This document shows positions 1 to 13,710 of a stretch of DNA of 64,000 nt, in pieces (the first letter of the stretch is position 1; each line of letters starts with the position of its first letter). The notes beneath the pieces were generated by a model. That model was given only the letters and a program-made list of their open reading frames with translations. It was not told the origin of the DNA and ran no database searches. A program made the position numbers and the translations under genes. Origin of the DNA: Lama glama (Eukaryota); assembly GCA_028534125.1 (NCBI GenBank), contig CM052818.1, forward strand, positions 1,366,001-1,430,000. Direction: 5' to 3'.

Positions 1-2699
1 GAATTCAAGATTACAAGGCAAAAACTTACAGGGCTGTTGCTGAAGAACATCTCATGTTAAATTGTTGTGTGCTCACTGTCTTAGATGGTTACTGTGGTGA
101 AGCCAGATTTGATAGTGTGCCGTCAGATTTACAGTTTCCTTCAAGGATTACAAAGATGACTTCATCAAGAGTTGCTTATCCACCAGGGACTGACAATATG
201 TATCCTTTGGGTATTAACTCCTTCCCAGCTGTGTTTGTTCCCTCATCATTATTATTTCTTAATAAGCATTTATATAGCCCTTGGTTTTACATTTAGTTTT
301 AATTGGCCTATTTTCAGTTTAGAAAGTTATGATTCGTATTGCTTTCAATTTCAGCAGACAGATAAAGTTAAGTGGCTTTTTAAAAACCACGCAGAGAAGT
401 TGTAGTGGTACCAAGATGTATATCCCCAGCTCCAGATTGCTTTCATTGCCAATAGTAATCCTCTAGTCTCATTTTCTAGATTCTTATTTTGTTTTCTACT
501 GAGCAGTTTTGGATTAAAATGGACCACTTTTGTCTTGTCTCCTACAATACTTAAGAAAGGAGCTAAGAACAGTTTGTTCACTATATTTAGCTTAAAAAAT
601 TTTGGAGACCAGAGTAAGCTGAAAACAGCTTTTGTGGGTCTGCTTTGGGGCCCAGAAACTATTCGAGAGCACTTGTCGTAAGCTAATCATTGAGCTTTTA
701 AAAAAGCCCCCATTTTTACGTTATATTAAATTTGTTTCTTGTTAAAGAGTATGTTGTGAATTAGGTGCCCCCTGCAATTGAGGTGCTGATGGATACTAAA
801 TACACAGTTCTTTTCCTATTTCTATTTCATTGAAAAAAGAAACCCTCTTTTGCTGCTTAGATTGTGGAAACTCATTACTTACGGCTTCTACCTCACTGTT
901 TTGTTTTTCTTAGGTTTATTTGATTGGACTCAATATTTTTTTTTCTTGGATTTAAAAATTTAAAAAATTACCTCAGTAAAGATTTCTAGTGCTTCCTTGG
1001 AGTGGAGATGTTATTCTTGGCAGAGGCTGGGAAGACACTCAGGTAGAGGAGTGGAAACTCCTTTTTCTAAATGCCCGTGCTATTCCTCTGAGTGGCAACC
1101 TTAAGGGGGTCTATGAACAGCTAGGTAGATTACTATAAGACTTGATAAAATTTATAAAAAGACGAAAACATCAGAGAGATTTTGCTTTCTATTACTTAGA
1201 AGATGTAAACGGTAATTTTCCCCCTGAACTCTAGGAGTGTTAGCGTATGAGAGTGTCAAGTTCTGCCCCTCTGCTCTCTGCTGCCCCAGCTTTTATTTAG
1301 CAAGATTCCTAATTTACAGAAAAATAGAAAGAACAGTCAACTAGATTCAGTAATTAATGATTAACATTTGCCATATTTACTTTTATCTGTACACACTTTC
1401 CTCTTTGAGCTTCAAATTGGCTTTTTATTGTATAACTGAGAGAAAATTAAGGTTAGTGTCACCAGTTAGTAGTTCTTATTTTCACATTCTTCCTGAAGAG
1501 TAGAACATTTTAATTTCTGAGTCATAAAACGAAGTAATTTTCTTTCCGATGTAAGTCACAATACAAACATGAAACATGTAATCACTCCCACCTTTAGGAT
1601 CTTGGGAGGCACAGCTAAAATGAGGAAGTAGGGGACTGATATCATCAATTCACATTCAGCTCAGAAGATGTTGAGTTGTTGTCAAGAATCCCAGTGTTTC
1701 CAAGCTGTGCCTCAGCAAGTGAATTACACACACAGCCATCCTAGTCTCTGTCCCAAACTTTCATTGTATATGCCCTGGAGTTGGAGATGAAGTAGGGAGA
1801 GGAAGGGTGGAAACAAACTAGAATTTTTTGGTTGAAGCTAGATGTGTTACATGTTAGCTCATTTAATAATACCATTGGCAGTGTTCTTACAGATATTAGC
1901 ATCTCCGTTTTATAGCTGAGGAGGCTGAAGTTCAGATAAGTTAAATAATTTGCCCAAAGTCACATACTAGTAGTAAGTAGAGGAGGAGTATTTTGAATTA
2001 AAAAAAAATCTATATTATGTATGACAGTACATCAGGTACATTTGAATTAGGGATCTCAGGTGAAAAATGGTTCTTTTAACATCTTAGAGTTGGATACATT
2101 ATTTAAGTCTCACATGATTGACAATCTGAGTGGGACTCGTTAATACTGCTTCTTGGGAGATAGTTGACAAAGGTCACAGTTCCTTTGGGATTTCAGGGGG
2201 CTTGGCAGTGCTAAGTGAAGTGCTTAGAGTTATGGTTTGTGCTTTTGCTCATTCTGGTAAAGGAACAGTGGAAAATTACAAGCTAAACCAGCCTAAATAC
2301 AGCTGAATTCCACCACATCAGCATTCTCAGAAGAGATGGTGCCAAACATGACACCACACCCAGACCTAGCCAGGCACACCCCATTAAAAAGCCTAAGTCA
2401 GGAGTTCAGTGGAGAGGTTGTGACTCATCCCAGGATCCTGGAGAAAAAGCTAACATGAAGATTTAAGGAGGAAACTCAAGCAAAGAATGGAGTTGTGGCT
2501 CAGGGCTTTGCTGGTGATAGCGTTAGTAGTATGGGAGGTTCTTGACGTTCCCGAGGGATGTATGTTGAGTCTCCAGGTCCAGAACACTGCTAGTATAAAT
2601 GACGTGAGGTGGTTTGCTAGGCTCATGCACAGGCTAAATGACTAGCCCTCACATTCGTCTTAACACCTATATTTGTGCTAGATAGTTTAAATAATAAAA

Positions 2700-2910
2700 G
2701 TAGTTAATATTTATTGAGTACTTACTTCGGGTGGGCCCTATTCTAAGCAGTTTCACACATATTAACTGATTTAATACTCACCACAGCTCTATGGGGTAGA
2801 TGAGGAAACAAGCTCAGAGAGGCTGAGTGACACAGAGATCGTGGCTAGGCAAGGGAGTTGACATTTGAATCTAGGGGATGTAGATGTAGTGTTTTTGTTC
2901 TTGACTGCTA
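2700..2910 (-). mobile_element. MIR SINE, degenerate
   Basis: tatttattgagtacttac...gatgaggaaacaagctcagagagg, typical MIR core. Confidence 0.7.
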
Positions 2911-4999
2911 TGCCGTATCAAAACCATTGTGCTATATTAGAAAAACTTTATAAGGTAGGTATTGTCTCGTTTTTAAAATACAGTAATTTTTTAAGGTCAA
3001 TCTTGAATAGGAAACGTGAATATCAAGTATCAGGGTGTTATCAAGTGACTATCAGGTAGTAGTATTAGTATTAGTCATGGCTCTTACCTAGCTCAGATGA
3101 TTTGACGGGTCTTCCTTTTAGTGTTTTGAATTTGTAGTGCCCTATCTCAGAAATTAGACCAGTAATATCTTTCTGGATCTTAACTAGAACCCTCTTGAAA
3201 TTTGTCTTACAGTTAAAAGTAAATTATAATTGTGAATTTTCCTTTAAACTGTTACAGAAAATAAGAAAACCTTAGAGATTGAGGCTTACAGACTTTTTAA
3301 AGATCTTCTGAGATGAATTCAGTCAATACTGGTTGAGAGAATCACTTTCTGATATTATGTAATACATTTAATGTTGTCAGGTACTTGTTCTCAGAGTTCT
3401 TTGTGAAGTAGCTTTGTGACCAGGTTGCTTCTCTAGTCTCTGTAGCTGTTTTCTCTAAGTTCCTCTAGTTCATAAGACATAGAACGTAGCATTTAAATAC
3501 TTAACTAAGTGTTGATGTCATCGCTCCCTTCCCCTGTCATTGGCCTAATTCAGGCTCTTATGTTTTCCTTGGACAACAGTTTCCGTACTGGTGTCTCTGC
3601 TGCATTCGTTTCAGCAAATACATACTTAGCAATGTCTACTATGCGTGAGATGCTATGCTCAGCACGGAGTGTATCAGCAGTAAACAAGACAGACGTCTTG
3701 TTAGCAGAGTGTATGGTCTTCCGATCTAGTCAGTCCGTTTTCCGTACCATTACCATCAACTTTTTCTAAAATTCAGATCTGATTTTTTGCCTACATCAGG
3801 CTTTTCCTAGTCAGGTTGCAGGATACCTTAACAGTTCAAATAACTTTTCCAGTGAAGCCATGCTTGATCTCTCCTTGGAAACAGAAATAATTATTTTCTT
3901 ATCCTGTTCCCATAGCACTTTATAAAAATCCTCATCAGAGTATTTATTATATTGTATTATAGTTGTTTGTGTAAGTTTCCTCTTATAGTTTGTGATTTTC
4001 TTGAAATCAGTGATAGTATTTTATTCAGTATTATTTTATCCTCAGTGCTGAATATAGAATCTAGAATGTAAGTGCCCCATAAAAGTTTGGATTATGGTAT
4101 AGTCTTAGTGCTTTCTATCATATCATGCATGTATGTCTTGTCTCCAATTACTAATTTACAGACTGTCTTATAATTTCTTTGTATTCCTTCTGATATCCAG
4201 GCTGATGTAAAGGACATAATATACCCTTTTATGGATATAAAAAAATATATTTACTGATGATGATTACTCTTTCAGTATGTTCTGCATGCTAACTCTGTTG
4301 TTTAGAAAAACATTTATTGGTCCCTTGTTTTACAGAATGTCTTACTATATTAAAAAAAAATTCCAAACATTTTATTTAAAGGAAGCTTACTTCACTTCAT
4401 GCCTGTCTTAAACATTGTGACTGGTAAGATGGGTCTTGCTCGCTTTCTTCTGTTTGGGTACTATAATACTTAGAGCTAAATTTGTGGCTCATTTTCAGAA
4501 AAGATGTGATTTCTTGATATGCAACTTTTGTATCATCTTCACTTCTGGTCTTAGGTTGCTGCCCTTTGTATTGATCATGCTCCTGTTTTAAATTTTACTT
4601 AATGTTATGTTGTTTATATGCCACTTTAAATCCTTAAACTAACTAAAAACCAAATAAAAACCGAGACATCAATGGTACTTTGATTTACCCTGCAAGTACT
4701 TATTGAACCCCTCCTTAAGAAGGTATAATACTAAGTTGTATGCCTGAAGAGATAAATAATGCATAATATCTGTCCCAGGGAGATTGATTTTGTTAATGTA
4801 GAAAACACTAGATGTAGGAAGTTTAGACTAGAGGGCTTTGGGAGGTGATGAGAGGCACAGACTGGAGATTTCGGTGCTTCTGGAGAAGGTGACATTTGAA
4901 CTGAATCTTGAGATACGGCTAGGATTTGGGGTTTGTAGGGAAAGGAGAGATTTGGCATTCTAGTAGGTGGAAACAATAAATGACCAAGAAAATAAACTT

Positions 5000-5591
5000 T
5001 GTGTGACTCATTAGGGTTATCCACCCGATATTTCTCTTTCTCCTCCCAGTCACATGTTAATGATTGCGTGTCCTTGTGCTTGGAAGTAGGTGTGGCCACG
5101 TGAGGCACGTTGAATGATGTGTGAGCTGAAGTGACATGACTCACTTCCAGACAGAAGTGTCGAGAGCCTGTGCATTCACTGTGCTTTCTTTTCCTCCGCC
5201 ACAGTGACCTGCAGTGCTCTGATTAGCCTGTGGGCCAAATATGGTCTGCTGCCTATTTTTGTAAATAAAGTTTTTAGTGGAACATCGACATAGTCATTTG
5301 TTTATATATTGTCTATGGCTGCTTTTGCACCACAACAGCAAAGTTGAATAGCTGTGGCATATGTCACATAAAGCTGAAAATATTTACTAGATGGCCATTT
5401 ACAGAAAAGTCTTGCTGACAGCTGCTCTAGCTGCTTACAGTGAGTGAGGACATTGTAGAGCAGAGACTCCTCTTTACCCACAATGGACATGTGCATATAC
5501 CATCAACAAGAAATAAATCGTTATTGTTTTAAGCCACTGATACTTTGGGGTTGTTTGTTATAGTAGCATAATCTAGCTCATCCTGACAGTC
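5000..5591 (+). mobile_element. Old MaLR solo LTR (MLT1J-like), interrupted by a MER58
   Basis: gtggccacgtg...gtgagctgaagtgac and 3' end gaaataaa...ttgttttaagccactga...ttgttatagtagcataatctagc. Confidence 0.75.
5225..5429 (+). mobile_element. MER58A-like hAT-Charlie MITE nested in the LTR
   Basis: gggccaaat...ttttgtaaataaagtttt...gtctatggctgctttt...aaaatatttact...tttacagaaaag. Confidence 0.8.
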
Positions 5592-7119
5592 AGGCTCTTT
5601 ACAGGAAAAAAATTCAGTTTGCTCAGAGAGGAGGAAAGCTTATGGACAGGAGTAGTGTGAAGAAAAGATGGGGAATGTTAGGGCAATGTTGTGGAGGTAC
5701 TTGACTGTTAAGCTTAGGTGTTTAGATTTTATTTAGAAACCTCAATATGGAACCAGGACTTGGGATTTTTCTCAAGGGACTGAAGAATAGTATAGTAGAA
5801 GCTTTATGGTAATCTGCCAATATTTATAGAAAGGCTGGGAGCCTTCATTGGGTCAGGAACTTGATCTCTGTAAAATAAAGCAAAAGTCCCTGAAAACCAG
5901 ACTGACAGGGGTTTAAATGGAGTTTTTTTTTTTTAATGTAACAACTTGCAATGACTTAGTTTCTTGTCTCATTTAATGCTTAATAGCGACCTCTGATTTT
6001 TCTGTAATTTGAGCTGTTACACAAATGAGGAAGCATCATTGTAAAGAGAGTTGTGATAGCTGAGGGTCAATTTTTCAATTTCCTTCTTTTTTCTTTGATT
6101 TCTTCTTACTTTTAGATAATGCAAACACATCAAATACTGCCATCAACTCAGTGACATTTGGTGTCAGGTAGCCTAAAGTAGTTTAAACTGAAAAACAATC
6201 ACTTTAGAATTAGGTTTTTATTGCATCTTCTTTACTGAATATGCTTTTTGTCTGTTGAAGAAAACCTTTGCCAGTTTGCCAAGTTACATGAATACAACTT
6301 AGAGTATATTAGCAGTTCCTCAAGGTTAAGATATAATATCTTAAGATCTTGAATCCTTCAGTTTTCTTAAAGCAGTTTCGTCCTACCTATGCTATTCTGA
6401 AGCTACATAGAAAGGAAAAAACCCCACAATAGTAACAACAAAAAATGCTGTAGAAAATTCCTGTATAATCAGGTTATTTTGTAAATTGGTGGGAGAACTT
6501 GTTCTTCTAATCCTCTTTGGTTCTAGTGAAAGAATGATTTTTCTTCACTTGTTTTGGTTTTATTGGCATAGGAGCATTTAGAAATTTGGAAAATTCATTG
6601 TATTTGTATTGTTTATTAAGCTATTAAATATCCCTTTTCTCTTAGAGTTTATATTTTAATAATATACCATGTTACACATATAGACCATTTTTTAAAAAGA
6701 AAACAGTATAGAAATGTTTTTCCCTTTTTGTTGATTATGAAAATAACAATGTTTATATTGCTTGAGACTCTGGTTGCAAGTGATAGAAACTCTATGTGAA
6801 TTAACTTCAGCAAAACAGTTTAATTTACTAGCTTCCTGTGAGGAGGTACGTACGTGAAGACACAGGGTGAAGCTGGTGTTAGGTAGGATTGCAACATGGG
6901 ACGCTTGTGTTTTTCTCTTGGCAGTGTGTTTTACTCTTTTAACAAATGTTTTTTCTATATAGTTGAAAAATACACACATGTATACAAGTATGCATATAAA
7001 AATTTTGTGTCTATGTAACATTTATAATGCTGTGTCTATTTTGTAAAGGGGAAGCAAGTTATAATATGTACATTTCATGTATGTGTATTATATATACTTT
7101 TTTATGGGCAGATAGAGAA

Positions 7120-7345
7120 AAAGATGAGTGTAGGATTCTGCGTCAGTATACTTACACCTTAATCATGGCTCTGTGACTTGGCAAAGAATTTATCTTATGT
7201 GTGACATAGTTTCTTTGTGTGTAAAATGAAAATAATACTATTACTGTATATCATGGGGTGGTTTTGAGGTTAAGCAAGGTAATATATATAAAGTGTTTAG
7301 AACAGCCTTTTAAAAGTAGTGAACATGGAGTAAGTGTTAGTTATT
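7120..7345 (+). mobile_element. MIR SINE
   Basis: ctgtgacttggc...tgtaaaatgaaaataatac...gaggttaag...aaagtgtttagaacag. Confidence 0.7.
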
Positions 7346-8011
7346 ATAAATACTGTAATGTTTATATTGTGCTATTTATGTACATATACACTGTATATAT
7401 TTATATTGTGTTAATATATGGACAAGTATGTATGGATTTTGTGTGCTGCTTTTTCCCTCATCTTTTTGTTTTCTGTATTATATTTTTGAACTTCAACACT
7501 TTTTAGGACATTCACAAACCCAAAGGAAATGAACTTTGGAGTTCATGGATGATCTGCCTCTGCAATGTGGGCATTTTGGGAAAAGCTTTGCTTGAGTATG
7601 ATAACCTTTAACTCAGAGATGGGATGTGTTCAGAGGAGTGAGAGATGACTAATAGCAAATCTTTGTCATGATTTACAGTTCTTGCTTGAATGTGTTGGTT
7701 AGGGAGATTAGTATATCCCTTTCCTGAACTGAAAAGATGACTTTTTTGGCATAAACAGACTAAAGATCAACCAGGGACTTTCTATTAATCTATAAAATGA
7801 CAGTTTTCTCATTGCTAGTATAAAGTGTGTTATGATTAGATTTTAAGTCTATCTTTACTATTGGGTTCTGCAGAATGACTGACTTATTATTTGCCTTACT
7901 TGTGTGGATTTGCTGTTGCTCCCTTTTTACATTTTCACAGATGTGGCCTGTTGCCCTCCTAAAGATTGCTGGTATTTATAAACCTTTCTTATGGGACTGG
8001 GTGGTGATATT

Positions 8012-8690
8012 AATGAATTGTATAATGAAATATGTCAACATTTGCAAGACATGCAAAACCCAGTGAACCAGGATTTTTCAAATGACCAATGCCTGATGTT
8101 GCAGAATCATGCGTGGATAAAAGATTCATTCCAAGTGTAAGATAGACCAATTAATTTTAATCTAAAATTCATCAAGTTTTGAGGTTGTATCATAAATTTG
8201 TGTTTGTGTGTATATATACGTATGTGTGTATATATGTGTGTCTGTATATATATATATGTATATATACATATATATACACACACACACATATATAAAGTTA
8301 TCTGAAAAGGCTTTAGAAATACCTTGTCCTTTTTCCAACGACGTATGTGTGAGACTGGGTTTTCTTTATATACTGCGGCCCAAACCCCACATTTTAAAAG
8401 ATTTGATGCAGAAGTGATTGCAGAATCTAGATGTCTTATGTTAAGCCAGACATTAAAGAGATTTCCACACATGCAAAACAAACTCTTCCAACTAATATTT
8501 TTGCTTGTTTCAGAATATATAACTGTTTTTCATAAAATAATTTATATTTCCTAATTTTCAGTTTTAATTTCTAATATAGTAAGTATTTTTATATATGTAT
8601 AATCAATGTAAACAAAAGTTCTTTAGAGTTCTTAGTAATTTTTAATAGTGTAAAGGGATTGTTGTGTTTAAAATGTTTTGAGAACTGCTA
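8012..8690 (+). mobile_element. Charlie1-like hAT DNA transposon fragment with internal (TA/TG)n tract at about 8205-8293
   Basis: gtataatgaaatatgtcaacattt...aatgaccaatgc...aaagattcattccaagtg...ttaagccagacattaaagagattt...ttgagaactgct. Confidence 0.75.
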
Positions 8691-8699
8691 GTTTAGATG

Positions 8700-9105
8700 A
8701 AAGGATACTGAAGAGACATGACAACTGAGTGTAACACATCATCCTGGATTGGATACTCTCCAGGAGGAAATGAAAATGCTATAAAGAACATTATTGGGAC
8801 AGTTGACGAGATTGGAATATGGACTGTGGTTTAGATTATAATTGTATAGGATGTTAAGTTCTTGAATTTGATGACTGTATTGTGGTTAGCTAAGAGAAGA
8901 GGTACACATTGCAGTTTTAATGGTTTAATGCATGCAGTATATTCTCAAAGAGTTTAGAAAAATAAACCTACACATGCTTATATATAGAAAGAGGATGACA
9001 AAACAAATGTGGCAAAAACATAAATTGGTGAATTCTGTGTAACAGCTAAACAGGAATTCTCTGTACTATTTGTACAATGTGAAATGATTTCGAAATGAAA
9101 GTTTA
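8700..9105 (+). mobile_element. Ancient L1 (L1MC/L1ME-type) 3' UTR
   Basis: agagacatgacaact...atcctggattggat...aagaacattattgggacagttg...tgtactatt. Confidence 0.7.
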
Positions 9106-9684
9106 AAAATTATGAAGTAATATAATGAATCTTTTAGAAGTGGATTTAACAGATGAATTGGTGAGTGTTTTACTGTGCTTGTGAATGACAGGTTTTGAGC
9201 GCTTGATAGATGGCTCTGTAAGTCCTTTGGAGATTTTAATCACTTTTAAGAAGGCACTCCTTGTGCTGTGCTGCCCCCTAGTGAAGTTTATGCTCATGAA
9301 CAGTTCATTCTGCAAGTAGAATAAATTGGGAAGTTAGATCGCTGTAGACAACACTTAAAAATAATGTAGTATCAAGTAAAATAAAAATTTTTTTGGCAGG
9401 GGTGGAGGAAGGTAATACTGTGAGGTTATATCTCATAATCTATCTTTTCTTCTAGTTTTTAAAAAATTATATTTCTGTTCTTGTGGTTCCTTTATGTTGT
9501 ATCCTCAATCCCTCTTCTCTGCTCCACCCCTGCCTCGCCACTTAAAGATAGTATTTATTGGTTCCTGACTTGACAGAAATAGTAAAACTTACTGTGTTTT
9601 CTTCTCTTCTCTCTTTTCCCTTACCACTAAATATTATCTTAGTGTTTTACTTTATAGTCTTAAAATGTTTAGAATTCTGCTCGC

Positions 9685-10008
9685 CATAATCTCTCATTTG
9701 CAATTTGAAAAGCCGAAAGGCTCTGAAACCATTTGTTGTCAAAAACTGTTTGAATTCATTTGGCAAGAAAATCTGATTTGGGTTGACATGAGATAGTTTT
9801 ATTCTTTATATTTACCACTGTGTGAATATTCCTACATTTTGCTGCTGAGATACTAATGTGATTGATTAGGGAAAGCTTCTTAAGACCTCACTGGAGATGT
9901 TACATAATATATGATATGTGCCCTATATTTGTTTTTAAAATCTGCAAAATTCTGAATTAAGAAACATATTTGCTCCAAGGATTTTAGGTTAGGGATTGCA
10001 GACTTGTA
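9685..10008. mobile_element. Non-autonomous DNA transposon (MER96B-like); a related partial copy lies at about 31795-31958
   Basis: Both copies share aatgt..ttgatta.gg...aaaattctgaa...aaggXttt...gataa/gttag...gacXtgta ends. Confidence 0.55.
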
Positions 10009-10927
10009 CCTGATTTGCTTAGCTTTGATTCTCAGTTATTAAGTATGAAGTACCACCAGCTTCTTCTACTTTCTCTTTTCTCTCACATTTTTATTAGTTG
10101 TATAATTTTCACATCCATTTTTTATACCATATTTTGTCACTCTTAATCTGATCATCTTTTTGTCTTAGATTTGCAGTTAAATACGTTCCCTCATTACTGC
10201 CAGTCATTTTTGTTCAAGTTTTTCCTGTCATTTAGTTTGGTTGGAGTTCCTTCTTTACCAGTTGCTTTCAGAAGGACTATATGAAGAGTAATTTTTGAGT
10301 TACTGTATATTCAGGATGGTTGCTCTGTAGACGGTACATTTGAAGGACAGCTTCGTTGAACTTAAAATTCTTGGCTCATACTTTGTTTCCCTAAGTATTG
10401 TCTTCTGGTGTTCAGTGTTGTTGTGGAAAAAGTCTGATGCCTGATGGATTTTCTTTTCCTGATAATTGACTTTTTTTTTCCCCCTTCACCCCCCTGTTTT
10501 TCTTTGCTGTCTTTCGGTTCTTCTTTTTCTAGTCTTTAGGAATTACTTTAAGGATTACAGCATACATTCTTGACTCATTAGGGTTTAATATAAATGTATG
10601 CTTTTATCACTTCCTTGACACTGCTTGGACCGTAAAACACTTTTATTTATCCTTTTCCATCTCTTAATCTACTGCTGTCATGAATTTTAATTTTACATGT
10701 CATTTAGTGCCGAGAAGATTATGCTCATTATTTGGTAGAGTCAGCATTCATTTCTGCCTACTCTTTTTGGTCTCCTCCTACACTTCTGTGCTTCATTCTG
10801 ACATTACTTTCTTTTTACATGCAGAACTCTCTTTAGCATTGCTTTCAGTACAAACCTACTGCTGACACATTCTCTCATTTTTTTGCTTGTTTGTATGAAA
10901 AGTGTCTATTTTCCCTTAATTCTTTTG

Positions 10928-11545
10928 AAATTATGGTAAAATATACATAACAAAATTTACCATTTTAACCATTTTTGTGTATAGTTTAGTGGCATTAAGT
11001 ATATTCACATGGTTGTGCAATCATCACCATCTCCATCTTCAGAATTTTTCTAATGTTACCAAACTGAAAACTCTGTACCTGTTGAACGATAACTCCTCTT
11101 TCCCCCTGTTCCTGGCAGCCACCTTTCTGCTTCCTGTGTCTATGAATCTGACTATCCTCCTTACTCCATATAGGTGGAATCGTGCAGTATTTGTCCTTTT
11201 GTGACTGACTTATTTCACTTAGAATATTTTTCTTCAGGGTTCATCCGGGTTGTAGCATGTATCAGAATTTCTTTCTGTTTAAAGGCTGAATAATATTCCA
11301 CTGTATGTGCACCACATTTTGTTTATCCATTTGTCTGTTGACTAATACTTGGGTTGCTTCTTCCTTTTGGCTGTTGCAAATAATGCTGCTATGAACATAA
11401 ATGTATAAATATTCTTTGAGTTCCTGCGTTCACTTTCTGGGGTATATGTCCAGAAGTAGAATTGCTGGATCATATGATAAATTATTTTTAACTTTTTGAG
11501 GAACTGCCAAACTGTTTTCTATAGTGGAATGTACCATTTTACTTT
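10928..11545 (-). mobile_element. L1MB-type 3' end nested in older L1 fragments (about 10200-13890)
   Basis: aaatatacataacaaaatttaccattttaaccatttt...ggctgaataatattcca...aataatgctgctatgaacat...ttgctggatcatatg. Confidence 0.85.
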
Positions 11546-12581
11546 GCCTGCCTTAATTTTTAAGGAACTTTTTTTTTAAAAACAAGTTTTATTCTAGGCT
11601 AGCAGTTCTTTTCCTTCTTTCTTTCTTTTTTTCTTTTTCTTTCTTTCTTTCGCACTTTAAGATATCACTCATCTGTTGTTTGACATATATTTTCTGTTAA
11701 AAGTCAGCTGTTAATCTTAATGTTGTTTCTTTAATATTTTCTACTTTGGTTTTGGTTTTCTGCAGTTTTACTGTGATGTGCTTAGATATAGTTTTATTTG
11801 TATTCATCCCAGTTACAGTTTGTAGAACTTGAAACTGTGGATTCGTGTCTTTTAGTTTTGGGGAATAGTTGAATATGATGTCTTTAAATACTGCTACTGC
11901 CCAATTACAGAAAGACTAGAGCTCTTTCTGGGGAGTCACAAATTCAGAACTATTTTCATCATATTGTTAAGATGTTATTTGCTTCTTTTGCTCACATTCT
12001 TGCAGGAGAATACAGTGATGAGGTAAATCTTCTCTGATTATAGCAGGAAGTAGACAATATCTAAACTGATAAAAATTACCAAATTTTTTTTACAAATATG
12101 GACTTACCTTCAGAAAATTAAAACCAGAACCATTTAAAAAAGCTAAAGTGGTTTTCTCTGGAATATTAGAATGGAAATCCTCAGATGCAAGCAACCAAGG
12201 CACTATACCAAGGCACTATAAAAGGGGTGACAATGATAGCTCAAAAGGTGGGAAGGGGAAATGGAAGTATACTCAGTTAGTTGAAAAGAAAGTGGGAAAA
12301 GTGGAAATTATTTACATTCATATAATTACCTATTTGACTAGGTTTAAATCTATTATCTTGCTATTTATTTTTCTTTTGTCCCATCTGTTCTTTGTTCATT
12401 TTTTTCTCTTACTCTCCTTAACTAAGTTAGATTGACTGAATATATTTTAGCATTCCATTTTTCCCCACCGTTGTCTTATTTAGTATACCTTTTTATTTTA
12501 TACACTCACACACACACACACACACACACACACGTATGATTGCTGTAGGGTTTATAATATGCATTTTTAACTTATCACATT

Positions 12582-12974
12582 TACTGTGGCCTGAATGTTT
12601 TCTGTCCCTTTGAAATTCATATGTTGATATTCAAACATCCAGTGTGATGGTATTAGGAGGTGGGAACCTTTGAAGGGGTAATTAGATCATGAGGAAGCCA
12701 AGAAGGTAGAGTCCTCTTGAATGGGATTTGTGCCCCTGTAAGGGAAGACATGAGAGCTTGCTCTCTCTCTCTCTCTCTCTGTTTTCTGCAATGTGAGGAT
12801 ACAGTGAGAAGATGGCTGTCTGGCAAACCATGACCTTGGCCCTCACCAAACACTAGATTTGCCAGTGCCTTGATTGTGGCCTTCTCAGTCTCCTGAACTG
12901 TGAGAAATAAATGATTGTTGTTTATGCCATCCAATCTATGTAATTTATTATAGCAACCCAGATTGATTAAGACA
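12582..12974 (+). mobile_element. MaLR solo LTR (MLT1A/MST-like)
   Basis: aattcatatgttga...gatggtattaggaggtggg...gaactgtgagaaataaat...ttaagaca. Flanks ACATT/ACAGT form an imperfect 5-bp TSD. Confidence 0.85.
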
Positions 12975-13415
12975 ACAGTCTGCCTTCAAATGATATGCCT
13001 CTTCATGTATAACATAAGATCATTGTAACAATATACTTTCATTCCCCCATTGGCCTCTGAGTTATTGTTAATGTATATTTTACTTCCATATATGTTGTGA
13101 ATTCTACAATTCATTGCTATTACTTTTGGTTTAAACATTCAGTTATCTTTTAGATAAACTAAAAAAAAAGATAAAAATCTTTATATTTACCATTTCTTAT
13201 GCGCTTTATTCCTTTGTGTAGATATACATTTTGACCTGATTTTATTTTTTTTTCCTCTAAACACCTTACTTTAATGTTTCTTATAGTGCAGGTATGCTGG
13301 CAACAAATTCTCTAAGGTTTTGTCTGGAAAAAGAATATTTTTCCTTAGGTTTTGAAGAATATGTTTGCTGATATAGAATTCTAGGTTTACAATTTTTCCT
13401 TCAGCACTTTTTTTT

Positions 13416-13553
13416 GGGGAGGGAAAAGGTAATTAGGTTTTATTTATTTATTTACTTAAATTTTTTTTTTTTTTTGATGGCGGTTGTGGGGATTGAACCC
13501 AGGACCTCATGCATGCTAGGCACGTTATCTACCACTGAGCTATGCCTTTCCCC
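13416..13553 (-). mobile_element. tRNA-derived SINE, camelid Vic-1-like
   Basis: Reverse complement reads GGGGAAAGGCATAGCTCAGTGG (A box)...GGGTTCAATCCCC (B box)...AAATAAATAAAACCTAATTACC. TSD TTCAGCACTTTTT at 13400 and 13557. Confidence 0.9.
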
Positions 13554-13564
13554 TCTTTCAGCAC

Positions 13565-13710
13565 TTTTTTTTTTTTTGAGAATTACAAATATATTTTATT
13601 TCAGATTATTACTTAACAAAAAGTCATAAATCTCATTTAAGACATATTGTTGATGTTTAAATAATTTACATTATAATGGTATATAATGAATATACCAACT
13701 TTTCTGATTC
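13565..13710 (-). pseudogene. Short 5'-truncated polyadenylated retro-insertion (mRNA 3' UTR retrocopy or orphan transduction), source unknown
   Basis: T13 tract at 13565-13577; TTTATT (AATAAA on minus strand) at 13595-13600, 17 nt from the tail; flanked by TCAGCACTTTTT at 13558 and 13711. Confidence 0.7.
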